Positions 20,140-28,158 are shown, counted from the stretch's first letter. The stretch: 64,000 nt of DNA from an uncultured Caulobacteraceae bacterium (GCA_964474575.1 CAYYTA010000104.1:1869-65868); one strand, 5' to 3'. Notes: a model not told the origin generated them from the letters alone. Translations and numbers: made by a program.

Positions 20140-21366
20140 CTACGCCACCTCGGCGGCGTCCTCCAGCCCTGGATCAGGGGGGGTGTTGCGCCCGGCCGGC
20201 ATGAGGAGCTTCTTGATATTGCGCGCCGCCTGACGGATGCGGTGTTCGTTCTCGACCAGGCCGATGCGGACATAGCCTTCGCCGTATTCGCCGAAACCGA
20301 GGCCCGGCGCGACGGCGACGTGCGCTTCCTCGATCAGCAGCTTGGCGAACTCGATCGAACCCATGTCGCGGAACTTCTCCGGGATCTGCGCCCAGGCGAA
20401 CATCGAAGCCGGCGGCGCCGGAATGTCCCATCCGGCGCGCTTCATCGCGGAAACCAGCACGTCGCGGCGTGATTTATAGGTGGCGCGGATCTCGTCGACA
20501 TTGTCCTGCGGCCCGTTCAGCGCCGCGGCGGCGGCGACCTGGATCGGCGCGAAGCCGCCGTAATCGAGGTAGGATTTCACCCGCGCCAGCGCCGCGCAGA
20601 TGTCCGCATTGCCGACCACCATGCCGATGCGCCAGCCGGCCATGGCGTAGGTCTTGGACAAGGAATTGATTTCGACGCTGCGTTCGCGCGCGCCATCGAC
20701 CTGAAGGATCGACGGCGGCGGATTGTCGTCGAAATAGATTTCCGAATAGGCGATGTCGCTGAGCACGATCAGGTCGTGTTTCTGCGCGATCTTGATGACC
20801 TCCTTGTAGAAGTCGAGATCGACCCATTGCGCCGTCGGATTCGACGGATAGGAGACAATCATCACCGACGGCGCCGGCACCGAGTGTTTGACCGCCTTGT
20901 CGATGCCCGAAAGGTACTGCTCCGGCGACAGGGCAGGCACGTGGCGGATGACGCCGCCAGCCATCAGGAAACCGAAAGCGTGGATCGGATAGGCCGGGTT
21001 GGGGCAGATGACCGTGTCGCCCGGCGCGGTGATCGCCATGGCGAGGTTGGCGAACCCCTCCTTGGAGCCGAGCGTCGCCACGACTTCGGTATCGGGGTTG
21101 AGTTTCACGCCGTAGCGGCGGTCGTAATAGCCGGCCATGGCCTTGCGCAGGCCCTGGACGCCCTTCGAAACGCTGTAACCATGCGTCTTCGGCTTGCGCA
21201 CCGTCTCGACCAGCTTGTCGACGATATGCGAAGCCGTCGCCATGTCCGGATTGCCCATGCCGAAGTCGATGACATCAATACCTTCAGCGCGCAGCTTTGC
21301 CTTGACCTTGTTGACCTCTTCGAAGACGTAGGGCGGCAGGCGGCGGATACGGTAAAAGTCGCGCAT
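20140..21366 (-). CDS. PLP-dependent aminotransferase, class I/II (AlaC/DapC-like)
   Basis: Motifs RRLPPYVFEEVNK...IDFGMGNPD and SLSKTYAMAGWRIG (PLP lysine). 408 aa. Confidence 0.9.
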   Translation of the reverse strand: MRDFYRIRRLPPYVFEEVNKVKAKLRAEGIDVIDFGMGNPDMATASHIVDKLVETVRKPKTHGYSVSKGVQGLRKAMAGYYDRRYGVKLNPDTEVVATLGSKEGFANLAMAITAPGDTVICPNPAYPIHAFGFLMAGGVIRHVPALSPEQYLSGIDKAVKHSVPAPSVMIVSYPSNPTAQWVDLDFYKEVIKIAQKHDLIVLSDIAYSEIYFDDNPPPSILQVDGARERSVEINSLSKTYAMAGWRIGMVVGNADICAALARVKSYLDYGGFAPIQVAAAAALNGPQDNVDEIRATYKSRRDVLVSAMKRAGWDIPAPPASMFAWAQIPEKFRDMGSIEFAKLLIEEAHVAVAPGLGFGEYGEGYVRIGLVENEHRIRQAARNIKKLLMPAGRNTPPDPGLEDAAEVA

Positions 21367-21518
21367 GGCGGTGGAAAACCCGGAACGGAAGCTACTGGAG
21401 CCTTCCTATGGCCGATCCGTTTTGGTTTGTCATCCCGTCAGCGCCAAATTCTTCGAATAATTTTGCGCAAAGTTCGGAAAATTTCTTATGAAGGTGCGAT
21501 GCCGATCGCAGGAATGTG

Positions 21519-21785
21519 TCAATCTATCGGCCGCTTCGGCAACTGCCTCTGCAAGGCGGCTATATCCTGCAGCCGGGCTTGCAGCATGGCTTGAGCCTGT
21601 GGACGCAGCTCCGGCTCCAGATCGGGCAGCAGCGCCGCCGAATCGGGCCGTTCGAGAAAAGTCGTCAATTCGCGCAAGGCTGAAGCCGGGTCCAGATTCT
21701 GGAAATGACGTGCCGCGTATTGAAACATCACCAGGACCTCGAGAACCCAAAGGCGGGCTTGCGTGTTTTGTTCTCCTACGTCCAT
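21519..21785 (-). CDS. small predicted helical protein (88 aa), 8 nt downstream of the M48-like gene
   Basis: MDVGEQNTQARLWVLEVLVMFQYAARHF... . The Shine-Dalgarno is weak, so translational coupling is possible. No family was recognised. Confidence 0.4.
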   Translation of the reverse strand: MDVGEQNTQARLWVLEVLVMFQYAARHFQNLDPASALRELTTFLERPDSAALLPDLEPELRPQAQAMLQARLQDIAALQRQLPKRPID

Positions 21786-21793
21786 CTGACAGC

Positions 21794-22789
21794 TCAATAG
21801 GAAAAGGCCTGACTTATGGAGTAAATCATCCCGACAACGATGCCGATTGCAACGAGATAGACAATAAAACCAAGCAGGCATGTGCCGAAAACGACGCCAA
21901 CAGCCGCAAAAACGGAACCTGTGCGATACCGCTCGCTGTTCAGGTCATCCAGGTCGGAGGGCAGTCCGGGGTTGGCTGCCGCGAATTGCCGGAACTTTTC
22001 CGGATAGGCGCGCCGGGCAAAGGAAATCAGGTCGACATAGCGCGCCGTGGCATGCGGAAAGCTCAGCCCCAACCGCGCGAAAAAGGCAAAGACCGAGCCC
22101 TTTATGCGCCGGTGCTGCTCGGCGATGCCGACAGGATTGACCGAGTAGCCGAGTTGACGTCCGACGACGAGTTTTTGCATGGCGGAAACAGCCGTTGTCA
22201 CGTCGCCTTCGATCGCGGCCAGGCCCAGCCGGTCGCCGGTAAATACGGATGCTCTTTCAAAAGGCAAAAGGAAAAAGTTGAGAATGCCGGTTTTCTGCGC
22301 CTGACGGATCAGGAAACCCCACAGGCTATATTCCTGTTGCACCCGCCAATAACCGATAAACCGCCCGACGATCCACGCGACCTCCTCATCCGTAACGCCA
22401 TTCTCGAGCATTTCCGAGGTCAGAAAAATCGCGCGACGAAGAAAGAACCGCGACAGAAAGGCATTGAAGGAATCCATTTCAAAGACGAAGACCGTGATCG
22501 GTTTAGTCACATTCATGGCGGCCTTTACGTCGAGCACGATCTTGTTGATCCGCGGATAATTGATGTCCGAAACCATAACCGTATTCGCCATTAGATAGAC
22601 GTAGGATGTTTCGCACGCCATCCAGAAAAGCAGTATCAGAAACGGGAAGATCAGCATGAACGAACCGCCGATCGCGATAATGAGCATGAACGGCAAAAGC
22701 ATGAAGGCGCAAATCAACGCCAGTGCGAATCGTAAATGCTGCCGCGGGTGGATACACCTCTGAAACTCGGCGTGTGACAATGTTTGCAT
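21794..22789 (-). CDS. M48-like integral membrane protein lacking the HExxH zinc site (pseudo-peptidase)
   Basis: Two N-terminal TM helices and a C-terminal TM. The M48-type core FNAF...(L)TSEML...DEEVAWIVGRFIGYW has G-R-F-I-G where HExxH is expected, followed by ...FERASVFTGDRLGLAA. GC is visibly lower than in the flanks. Confidence 0.65.
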   Translation of the reverse strand: MQTLSHAEFQRCIHPRQHLRFALALICAFMLLPFMLIIAIGGSFMLIFPFLILLFWMACETSYVYLMANTVMVSDINYPRINKIVLDVKAAMNVTKPITVFVFEMDSFNAFLSRFFLRRAIFLTSEMLENGVTDEEVAWIVGRFIGYWRVQQEYSLWGFLIRQAQKTGILNFFLLPFERASVFTGDRLGLAAIEGDVTTAVSAMQKLVVGRQLGYSVNPVGIAEQHRRIKGSVFAFFARLGLSFPHATARYVDLISFARRAYPEKFRQFAAANPGLPSDLDDLNSERYRTGSVFAAVGVVFGTCLLGFIVYLVAIGIVVGMIYSISQAFSY

Positions 22790-22820
22790 GCCTTCCCCCC
22801 GGCGTTTGCAATGGAAAACA

Positions 22821-24167
22821 ATGTTATGTTGTGTTAATGCGAAAAAATTGATCGCGCAAGACGCGAATTTATGGTGGGCTCAGGTGACGGACGTATTTGT
22901 CAGTTACAAGCGCGAGGATCGACCACGCGCGGAACATGTGGTCCGCGCCTTGACCGACCAGGGCTTTTCGGTCTGGTGGGACGAGAATATTACGCCCCGC
23001 GAAGCATGGGACGCCACAATCGAGAGGCAGATCAGTGGCGCGACCAGCGTCCTGGTATTGTGGTCACAGCTATCGGTGGCTTCCGACTGGGTCCGCACGG
23101 AGGCCCATTTTGCTCATGACCGGAACAAGCTGATACCTGTGAAGGTCGAAACCTGCGCTTTGCCGCTGGCTTTTGCCCTCGTCCAGACCGTCGACCTGAC
23201 GGACTGGGGCGGTCAGCAAGATCACCGTCAATGGCGAAAGCTCCTCAGCTGGATCAGCGACCTGACAGCATCCAGGACGAACACGGACGCCATCATAGCC
23301 TCGGGCGCTACGAACAAATACCGAGAGATTGTCGGTCATCTGCCATCAGGAGAGGCGATCAGCGACGGCGCCCTGATCAATGCGGCGACACCGGCGGGAA
23401 CCCTCTTCAAGGATGGGGCCGATGGCTGTGTCATGCGCTGTCTGCCAAGAGGTGAGTTCATGCTTGGCGCGCCCCCGACAGATATTGATCGTACGCCGGC
23501 GGAAAGTCCCCAGAAACGCATACAGATCACACAGCCGCTTGCCATGGGCATCTATCCCGTGCTGACGCGGGAGTTCGGCATATTCATCCAATCGCCTCCG
23601 CAAGCGCCGTCGCCGAACAAGGTCCTCTCCTGGTTGGACAAGCCTGTGACGCCCGAAGCGCCACGGGCGCCGGCAACGCCGCGGACTCCCGTCACTCACG
23701 TTTCCTTCAACGATGCCGTAAATTTTGCACTGGCCCTGTCGGAGGCGACGGGTTATGCCTATCGCCTTCCTTCCGAGACAGAATGGGAATTTGCCTGCCG
23801 GTCAATGGCCAGCACCCGCTATAGTCATGGCAATGTCATCGACGCCAGCCATGCCGTCTTCCATTGTGAGTCCACGCCTCTTCGCTCTGGTCCGGCTGAA
23901 GCGGGCCAATACGCGCATAATCGCTTCGGCTTATTCGACATGCACGGCAATGTTCGCGAATGGACGATGGACGGATGGCACGATTCGCATGAGTTTACGC
24001 CTGCGGACGGCAGTCCCGCCCCCCAAGGGCAGTCCTCGATGCGAGTCGTGAGAGGAGGCGCGTGGTGTGATCCGGCGCCGATGTTGAGATCATCGTGGCG
24101 CGGCCGAGCCACCTATTCCACGCGCGATGCCGCCATCGGCTTTCGTATCGTTAGAGAGCTGTCCTGA
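22821..24167 (+). CDS. TIR domain - FGE-sulfatase (SUMF1) domain fusion protein
   Basis: TIR_2-like DVFVSYKREDR..GFSVWWDE..SVLVLWS..SDWVRTEAHFA, with the conserved Glu present. C-terminal FGE/SUMF1 signature HVSFNDAVNFA..YRLPSETEWEFACR..NRFGLFDMHGNVREW..RVVRGGAW..GFRIVREL. Start is uncertain: ATG 22788, ATG 22821 or GTG 22884 after GGTGGG. Confidence 0.85.
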   Translation: MLCCVNAKKLIAQDANLWWAQVTDVFVSYKREDRPRAEHVVRALTDQGFSVWWDENITPREAWDATIERQISGATSVLVLWSQLSVASDWVRTEAHFAHDRNKLIPVKVETCALPLAFALVQTVDLTDWGGQQDHRQWRKLLSWISDLTASRTNTDAIIASGATNKYREIVGHLPSGEAISDGALINAATPAGTLFKDGADGCVMRCLPRGEFMLGAPPTDIDRTPAESPQKRIQITQPLAMGIYPVLTREFGIFIQSPPQAPSPNKVLSWLDKPVTPEAPRAPATPRTPVTHVSFNDAVNFALALSEATGYAYRLPSETEWEFACRSMASTRYSHGNVIDASHAVFHCESTPLRSGPAEAGQYAHNRFGLFDMHGNVREWTMDGWHDSHEFTPADGSPAPQGQSSMRVVRGGAWCDPAPMLRSSWRGRATYSTRDAAIGFRIVRELS

Positions 24168-24176
24168 CGGCCGGTG

Positions 24177-24518
24177 CTACAATTCTTCCTCGACAAACGC
24201 CCTGAGCCGCTCCAGCGCTCCGTCCCACTGCCGCGAGATGGCGTCGAGCGCCGCGCGCGCCGTCTCCAGCCTTTGCCGCTTCAGGGCCCACAGGCTCAAC
24301 CGGCCGCGCCGGGCGCAGGTGACCAGGCCGGCCTTTTCCAGCACATAGAGGTGCTTGGTCACGGCCTGGCGCGACATGTCGGCGACATCCGCCAGATCGA
24401 CGATCGCGGCCGGCCCCTCTGCCCCCAGGCGGTTGACGATGGCCAGCCGCGTCGGATCGCCCAATGCTGAGAAAACATGGGCGGCGAACACGACCGCTTC
24501 CTCACCAACCCCTGGCAA
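24177..24518 (-). CDS. ArsR/SmtB-family transcriptional regulator
   Basis: Motif ALGDPTRLAIVNRL....VDLADVADMSRQAVTKHLYVLEKAGLV. Overlaps the upstream SRPBCC gene by a few codons. Confidence 0.85.
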   Translation of the reverse strand: MPGVGEEAVVFAAHVFSALGDPTRLAIVNRLGAEGPAAIVDLADVADMSRQAVTKHLYVLEKAGLVTCARRGRLSLWALKRQRLETARAALDAISRQWDGALERLRAFVEEEL

Positions 24519-24996
24519 GATAGGCCTCGATCAGCTTGCACTGCCACGTCCAGCCGCCGTCATTGGCGGCGAAGGCCGCGGCGCGGCGTTCCAGCGGCAG
24601 GTGGCGGAAACCGGATTCGATGATGGTCAGTTGCGTGCCGCCGGTGACGGCCTCGAGCTCGAAGCGGACCAGGGTCATAAACTCGCCGGAATAGTCCCTG
24701 TCCTTGTCGATGCCGTAAGGGTGCCAGCGGAACGAAAAGACGTGCGGCGGGTCGATTTCCTCGATCTTGAGCAGGACCGGCGTGCCGCGATGCGGTTCCT
24801 GCATGGCGGCGACTTCGGCATTGACCTCGGTCGGCACGATGGCGCCGGTGATGGCCTGGCCGGCGATGAAAGGCCCCTTGAGGAACATGCCGAACCATTT
24901 GCCGAACTGGTCCGAATTGGCGATGGCCTGCCACACTCGCGACAGGTCGGCGGCGAGGAAGATCGTCTTGACGAGGCTGTCGGGGATTTCGTCCAT
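24502..24996 (-). CDS. SRPBCC/AHSA1 (activator of Hsp90 ATPase homologue 1-like) domain protein
   Basis: Starts MDEIPDSLVKTIFLAADLSRVWQAIANSDQFGKWFG after an AGGAG Shine-Dalgarno. Commonly paired with ArsR regulators. Confidence 0.8.
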   Translation of the reverse strand: MDEIPDSLVKTIFLAADLSRVWQAIANSDQFGKWFGMFLKGPFIAGQAITGAIVPTEVNAEVAAMQEPHRGTPVLLKIEEIDPPHVFSFRWHPYGIDKDRDYSGEFMTLVRFELEAVTGGTQLTIIESGFRHLPLERRAAAFAANDGGWTWQCKLIEAYLARGW

Positions 24997-25095
24997 AGGC
25001 AACTCCTGGGTTGCGCTTTCCTTAGCCCAATGCCGGATAATATGCAACCGTGAAGTTGCCTTTTCCACCGCAAGGCTTCGTGATAGGTCTTGCCT

Positions 25096-26016
25096 ATGCG
25101 CAAATGGGGGCGGATCGTCTGGGGGATTGTCGCGGCGGTGGTGATTGCCTGCGCCGTCGATGGCTTCTGGTTCGAGCCGCGCAGCCTTACCCTGACGCAG
25201 CTCGACATCGCCACGCCGTCATGGCCCGCCACCACCGCGCCCCTGCGGGTGGTGCTCATTTCCGACACCCACGCCGACGGCTGGTTCATGACGCCGGCGC
25301 GCATCCGTTCGATCGCCGCCGAGGTCAATGCCATGCAGCCCGACGCGGTGATCCTGGCCGGCGACTATATCGGCGGCAATGTGCTCAGGGGACGCAAGGA
25401 ATTCGGCGCGCGGCCGATGCGGTCGCCGGCGGAGATCGCGCTCGACGAGGACGGCCTGCGCGCGCTCGGCGATTTTCATGCGAAATACGGCGTCTTCGCC
25501 ATCATGGGTAATCACGACTGCTGGTGGGATTGCGATACGGTGCGGCGAATCCTGAACGAGGACGGCATCCATTTCCTCGAAAACCAGGCGGCGGCGATTT
25601 CACGCCCCGACGGCGATGTGTGGATATTGGGCGTCGAGGACGGCCAGACGCAACACCCCGACTTTCCAGCGACTTTTGCCCAGGCGCCGGTCGGCGCCGC
25701 GACGATCACGGTGACGCACAATCCAGGCCTGTTCGACTGGCCCAGCAACCATGTGCCGGTGATGCTGGCCGGCCATACCCACGGCGGCCAGGTGCGCATC
25801 CCGTTCCTCGGCGCGCCGGTGACCGTGTCGCGCCATACCAACGATACTTACAAGGGCTGGACGATCATCGGCGGCCGGGTGCTGATCGTGACGCGGGGCG
25901 TGGGGGAAAGCGGCATACCGGTGCGCTTCGACTGCCCGCCGCAGATCATGCTGCTGACCTTCCACAATGGCCCGGCGGCGAAGGTGGTGGCGACGCCGGA
26001 TAAAAGCCTGCCTTAA
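25096..26016 (+). CDS. membrane-anchored metallophosphoesterase (calcineurin-like)
   Basis: Motifs VLISDTHAD, LAGDY, GNHD and AGHTHGGQ, with an N-terminal TM. A TTG at 25090 is an alternative start. Confidence 0.9.
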   Translation: MRKWGRIVWGIVAAVVIACAVDGFWFEPRSLTLTQLDIATPSWPATTAPLRVVLISDTHADGWFMTPARIRSIAAEVNAMQPDAVILAGDYIGGNVLRGRKEFGARPMRSPAEIALDEDGLRALGDFHAKYGVFAIMGNHDCWWDCDTVRRILNEDGIHFLENQAAAISRPDGDVWILGVEDGQTQHPDFPATFAQAPVGAATITVTHNPGLFDWPSNHVPVMLAGHTHGGQVRIPFLGAPVTVSRHTNDTYKGWTIIGGRVLIVTRGVGESGIPVRFDCPPQIMLLTFHNGPAAKVVATPDKSLP

Positions 26017-26046
26017 TTGGCGGGAAAGGATCAATTTCGCATATAG

Positions 26047-26267
26047 GGCGCACCCCGAAAGGTGCGTCGCACTCTTTATTTCGCCGAACGTCGTTTCGGA
26101 TTAATACCAGCGTGCGACCGCACGCCGCCGCCGTTGCGGCGAACCATGCGGCGCTTGAGCTGAATCTTATACCGACGGTCAGTCTTATGACCGTCGGTAT
26201 AAGACACGCGTAAAAACAAATAATTAGAGCATTTCCCCGAGTCATCTTGACCGGGAAACGCTCTAAG
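26047..26267. repeat. family B repeat, second copy, interrupted by a nested perfect hairpin insert
   Basis: The right half ACGCGTAAAAACAAATAATTAGAGCATTTCCCCGAGTCATCTTGACCGGGAAACGCTCTAA matches 6848-6908. The left half is related to 6808-6845. An extra ~95 bp includes CTTATACCGACGGTCA-GTCTTA-TGACCGTCGGTATAAG (26166-26203). Confidence 0.8.
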
Positions 26268-26304
26268 TGAGTCTGGACCTGAGGCCGTTGGCGAGCAGGA
26301 CGCA

Positions 26305-26598
26305 TCAATCGGTGGAATAATTTGCCTGGACCGTACAGCGCCAGCCCGCCGAAGCCGAGCCCTGCGAAGACGGATCGGGCGGGGTGCACTGACATGGAGA
26401 AAACGACACAACGTGTGCGTTTGATTTTCCGAAGCGCATGCCCGCGAGCGCAGCTTCAGCCCTGGCGTCGTCCTGCGCCCTGAGACAGGCGGCGCCCTGG
26501 TCTTCTCCGATACCCGTGCCGCTCACCACCCCGGTCTCGGCCACCGCCGGAAAGGCGATCATCAGCAAGGCGCAGACGGCAAAATGGGCTTTTCGCAT
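26305..26598 (-). CDS. small secreted hypothetical protein (97 aa)
   Basis: Signal peptide MRKAHFAVCALLMIAFPAVA. No family was recognised. Confidence 0.5.
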   Translation of the reverse strand: MRKAHFAVCALLMIAFPAVAETGVVSGTGIGEDQGAACLRAQDDARAEAALAGMRFGKSNAHVVSFSPCQCTPPDPSSQGSASAGWRCTVQANYSTD

Positions 26599-26693
26599 GA
26601 GTTGTTCCTCGTGAATCGGCGGGGTTGACAATCAAATATTACGTAGGCACCTATATATATCAGCGTTTTTCGAGATGACAACGGGAGGGAAGA

Positions 26694-27056
26694 GTGTCGC
26701 GTATGGTACGGTTCAAAACCTGGGTATGGGCGCCTTTGGCCGCGCTCGCCGGAGGTCTGGTCATGGCCGCCGCAGCCATTACGCCGCAAAGCGCGGCATT
26801 CGCCCAGTCCTCCCCGGCCACCTGTGTGTCGTCATACCAGTCGGACGGCACCATCTATATCCATAACGGCTGCGAACAGGACGTCTACTGGATGGCCTGC
26901 GTGCGTACCCAGGGCTGGACGGTCACCCATTCATATGACGGGCCCGGCATCCTGGCGGGGACGGATTACGACTTCTCGCCGGCGAACGACCAGACGCCGT
27001 TTTCCTACTCGCTCCTCACCGCATATCAGCCGACCAATTTCCAGTGCGGACAGTGA
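26694..27056 (+). CDS. small secreted Cys-containing hypothetical protein (120 aa)
   Basis: Signal peptide ...LVMAAAAITPQSAAFA, with several Cys in the mature part. No family was recognised. Confidence 0.55.
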   Translation: MSRMVRFKTWVWAPLAALAGGLVMAAAAITPQSAAFAQSSPATCVSSYQSDGTIYIHNGCEQDVYWMACVRTQGWTVTHSYDGPGILAGTDYDFSPANDQTPFSYSLLTAYQPTNFQCGQ

Positions 27057-27057
27057 T

Positions 27058-27552
27058 ATGAACCGAACCTCCGCTTTATGTCTGCCGGCTCTGGTTTTGG
27101 CGGCATGTCTCGCCGTGCCCGCCGCCGCGCAGGACCAGACAGGACAGCAGACCATCCCCAATGCCCAGGCCTTTCTCTGGACCGTGTTGAATTCAAATGC
27201 CGGCGTCACAATGGAATACACTTACACGGCGCCAAACGGTCGAGTTGACGATTGGAGGGATGCAGACATCGACTCCGTAAGCGGCAGCGACTGCCATACC
27301 ACCTTTACCGCGCGCGTTCCCCCCGATATACGCTCGAAAAACCTCTACGTAACCCGCGACGTCGACTGGCGCGGCGTCAACACCGTGAGCAGGGACTGGC
27401 GATCAATAACCGTGACCGGAGGCGTTACCGACACCATTGGGGCGTCGACCGATCTCATCCTCTATATCCCGGATGGGCTAAGGGACCGCGTTTACAATGC
27501 ATTCGACTTCCTGCGTAAGTCCTGCAACACCTCGCAACAGTACGGCTTCTGA
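27058..27552 (+). CDS. secreted hypothetical protein (164 aa)
   Basis: The ATG at 27058 lies 1 nt after the preceding stop. Signal peptide MNRTSALCLPALVLAACLAVPAAA. No family was recognised. Confidence 0.55.
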   Translation: MNRTSALCLPALVLAACLAVPAAAQDQTGQQTIPNAQAFLWTVLNSNAGVTMEYTYTAPNGRVDDWRDADIDSVSGSDCHTTFTARVPPDIRSKNLYVTRDVDWRGVNTVSRDWRSITVTGGVTDTIGASTDLILYIPDGLRDRVYNAFDFLRKSCNTSQQYGF

Positions 27553-27555
27553 CCG

Positions 27556-27909
27556 AATACGCCCGCTTTCCGCCGGGCGCCGGCGGGGGCCGCGACGATC
27601 ACGGTGACGCACAATCCAGGCCTGTTCGACTGGACGTCCAACCATGTGCCGGTCATGCTGGCCGGGCACACCCACGGCGGCCAGGTGCGCATCCCGTTCC
27701 TGGGCGCGCCGGTGACCGTGTCGCGTCATACCAACGACACCTACAAGGGCTGGACGATTATCGACGGGCGAGTGTTGATTGTCTCACGTGGTGTCGGCTC
27801 CAGCGGCATCCCGGTCCGCTTCGACTGCCCGCCGCAAGTGATGTTGCTGACCTTCCACAATGGCCCGGCGGCCAAGGTGGTGGCGACGCCGGATAAAAGC
27901 TTGCCCTAA
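27556..27909 (+). pseudogene. relic 3' fragment of a metallophosphoesterase gene (diverged copy of 25662-26016)
   Basis: Aligns codon for codon with the C-terminal ~115 aa of the intact gene, including AGHTHGGQVRIPFLG. The N-terminal catalytic half is missing. Homology continues ~25 nt past the stop codon. Confidence 0.85.
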
Positions 27910-27952
27910 TTGATGGGAAAGCATCAATCTCGCATGCTGGGGCCGAATGATG

Positions 27953-28154
27953 CCCTCCTCCCTATCCGAAGGATGGGGAGGTGGCTGCGAGCCCTCCCTC
28001 CCATGCAATGGGAGGGGGGACCATCGAGCGAAGCGAAGATGGTGGGAGGGTCCGAAGCAGACGGAGGGGTCTTCGCGGAAGGAGCCAAACCCCTCCGGCT
28101 TTGCCGAGCAAGCTCGTCAAATCCACCTCCCCATCCTTCGGATAGGGAGGAGGG
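27953..28154. mobile_element. MITE-like family A element with perfect 32-bp terminal inverted repeats
   Basis: 27953-27984 CCCTCCTCCCTATCCGAAGGATGGGGAGGTGG is the exact reverse complement of 28123-28154. The element ends 4 nt from the glmS stop codon. Confidence 0.8.
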
Positions 28155-28158
28155 AGAC

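Noticed and set aside
22788-22820. TIR-FGE gene starting at ATG 22788, overlapping the M48-like start codon in a GCATGC palindrome
   Set aside because: It is possible but unlikely, because it would leave no promoter or ribosome-binding space for either gene. The TIR domain begins at about 22890, so ATG 22821 or GTG 22884 are more plausible, and I could not decide between them.
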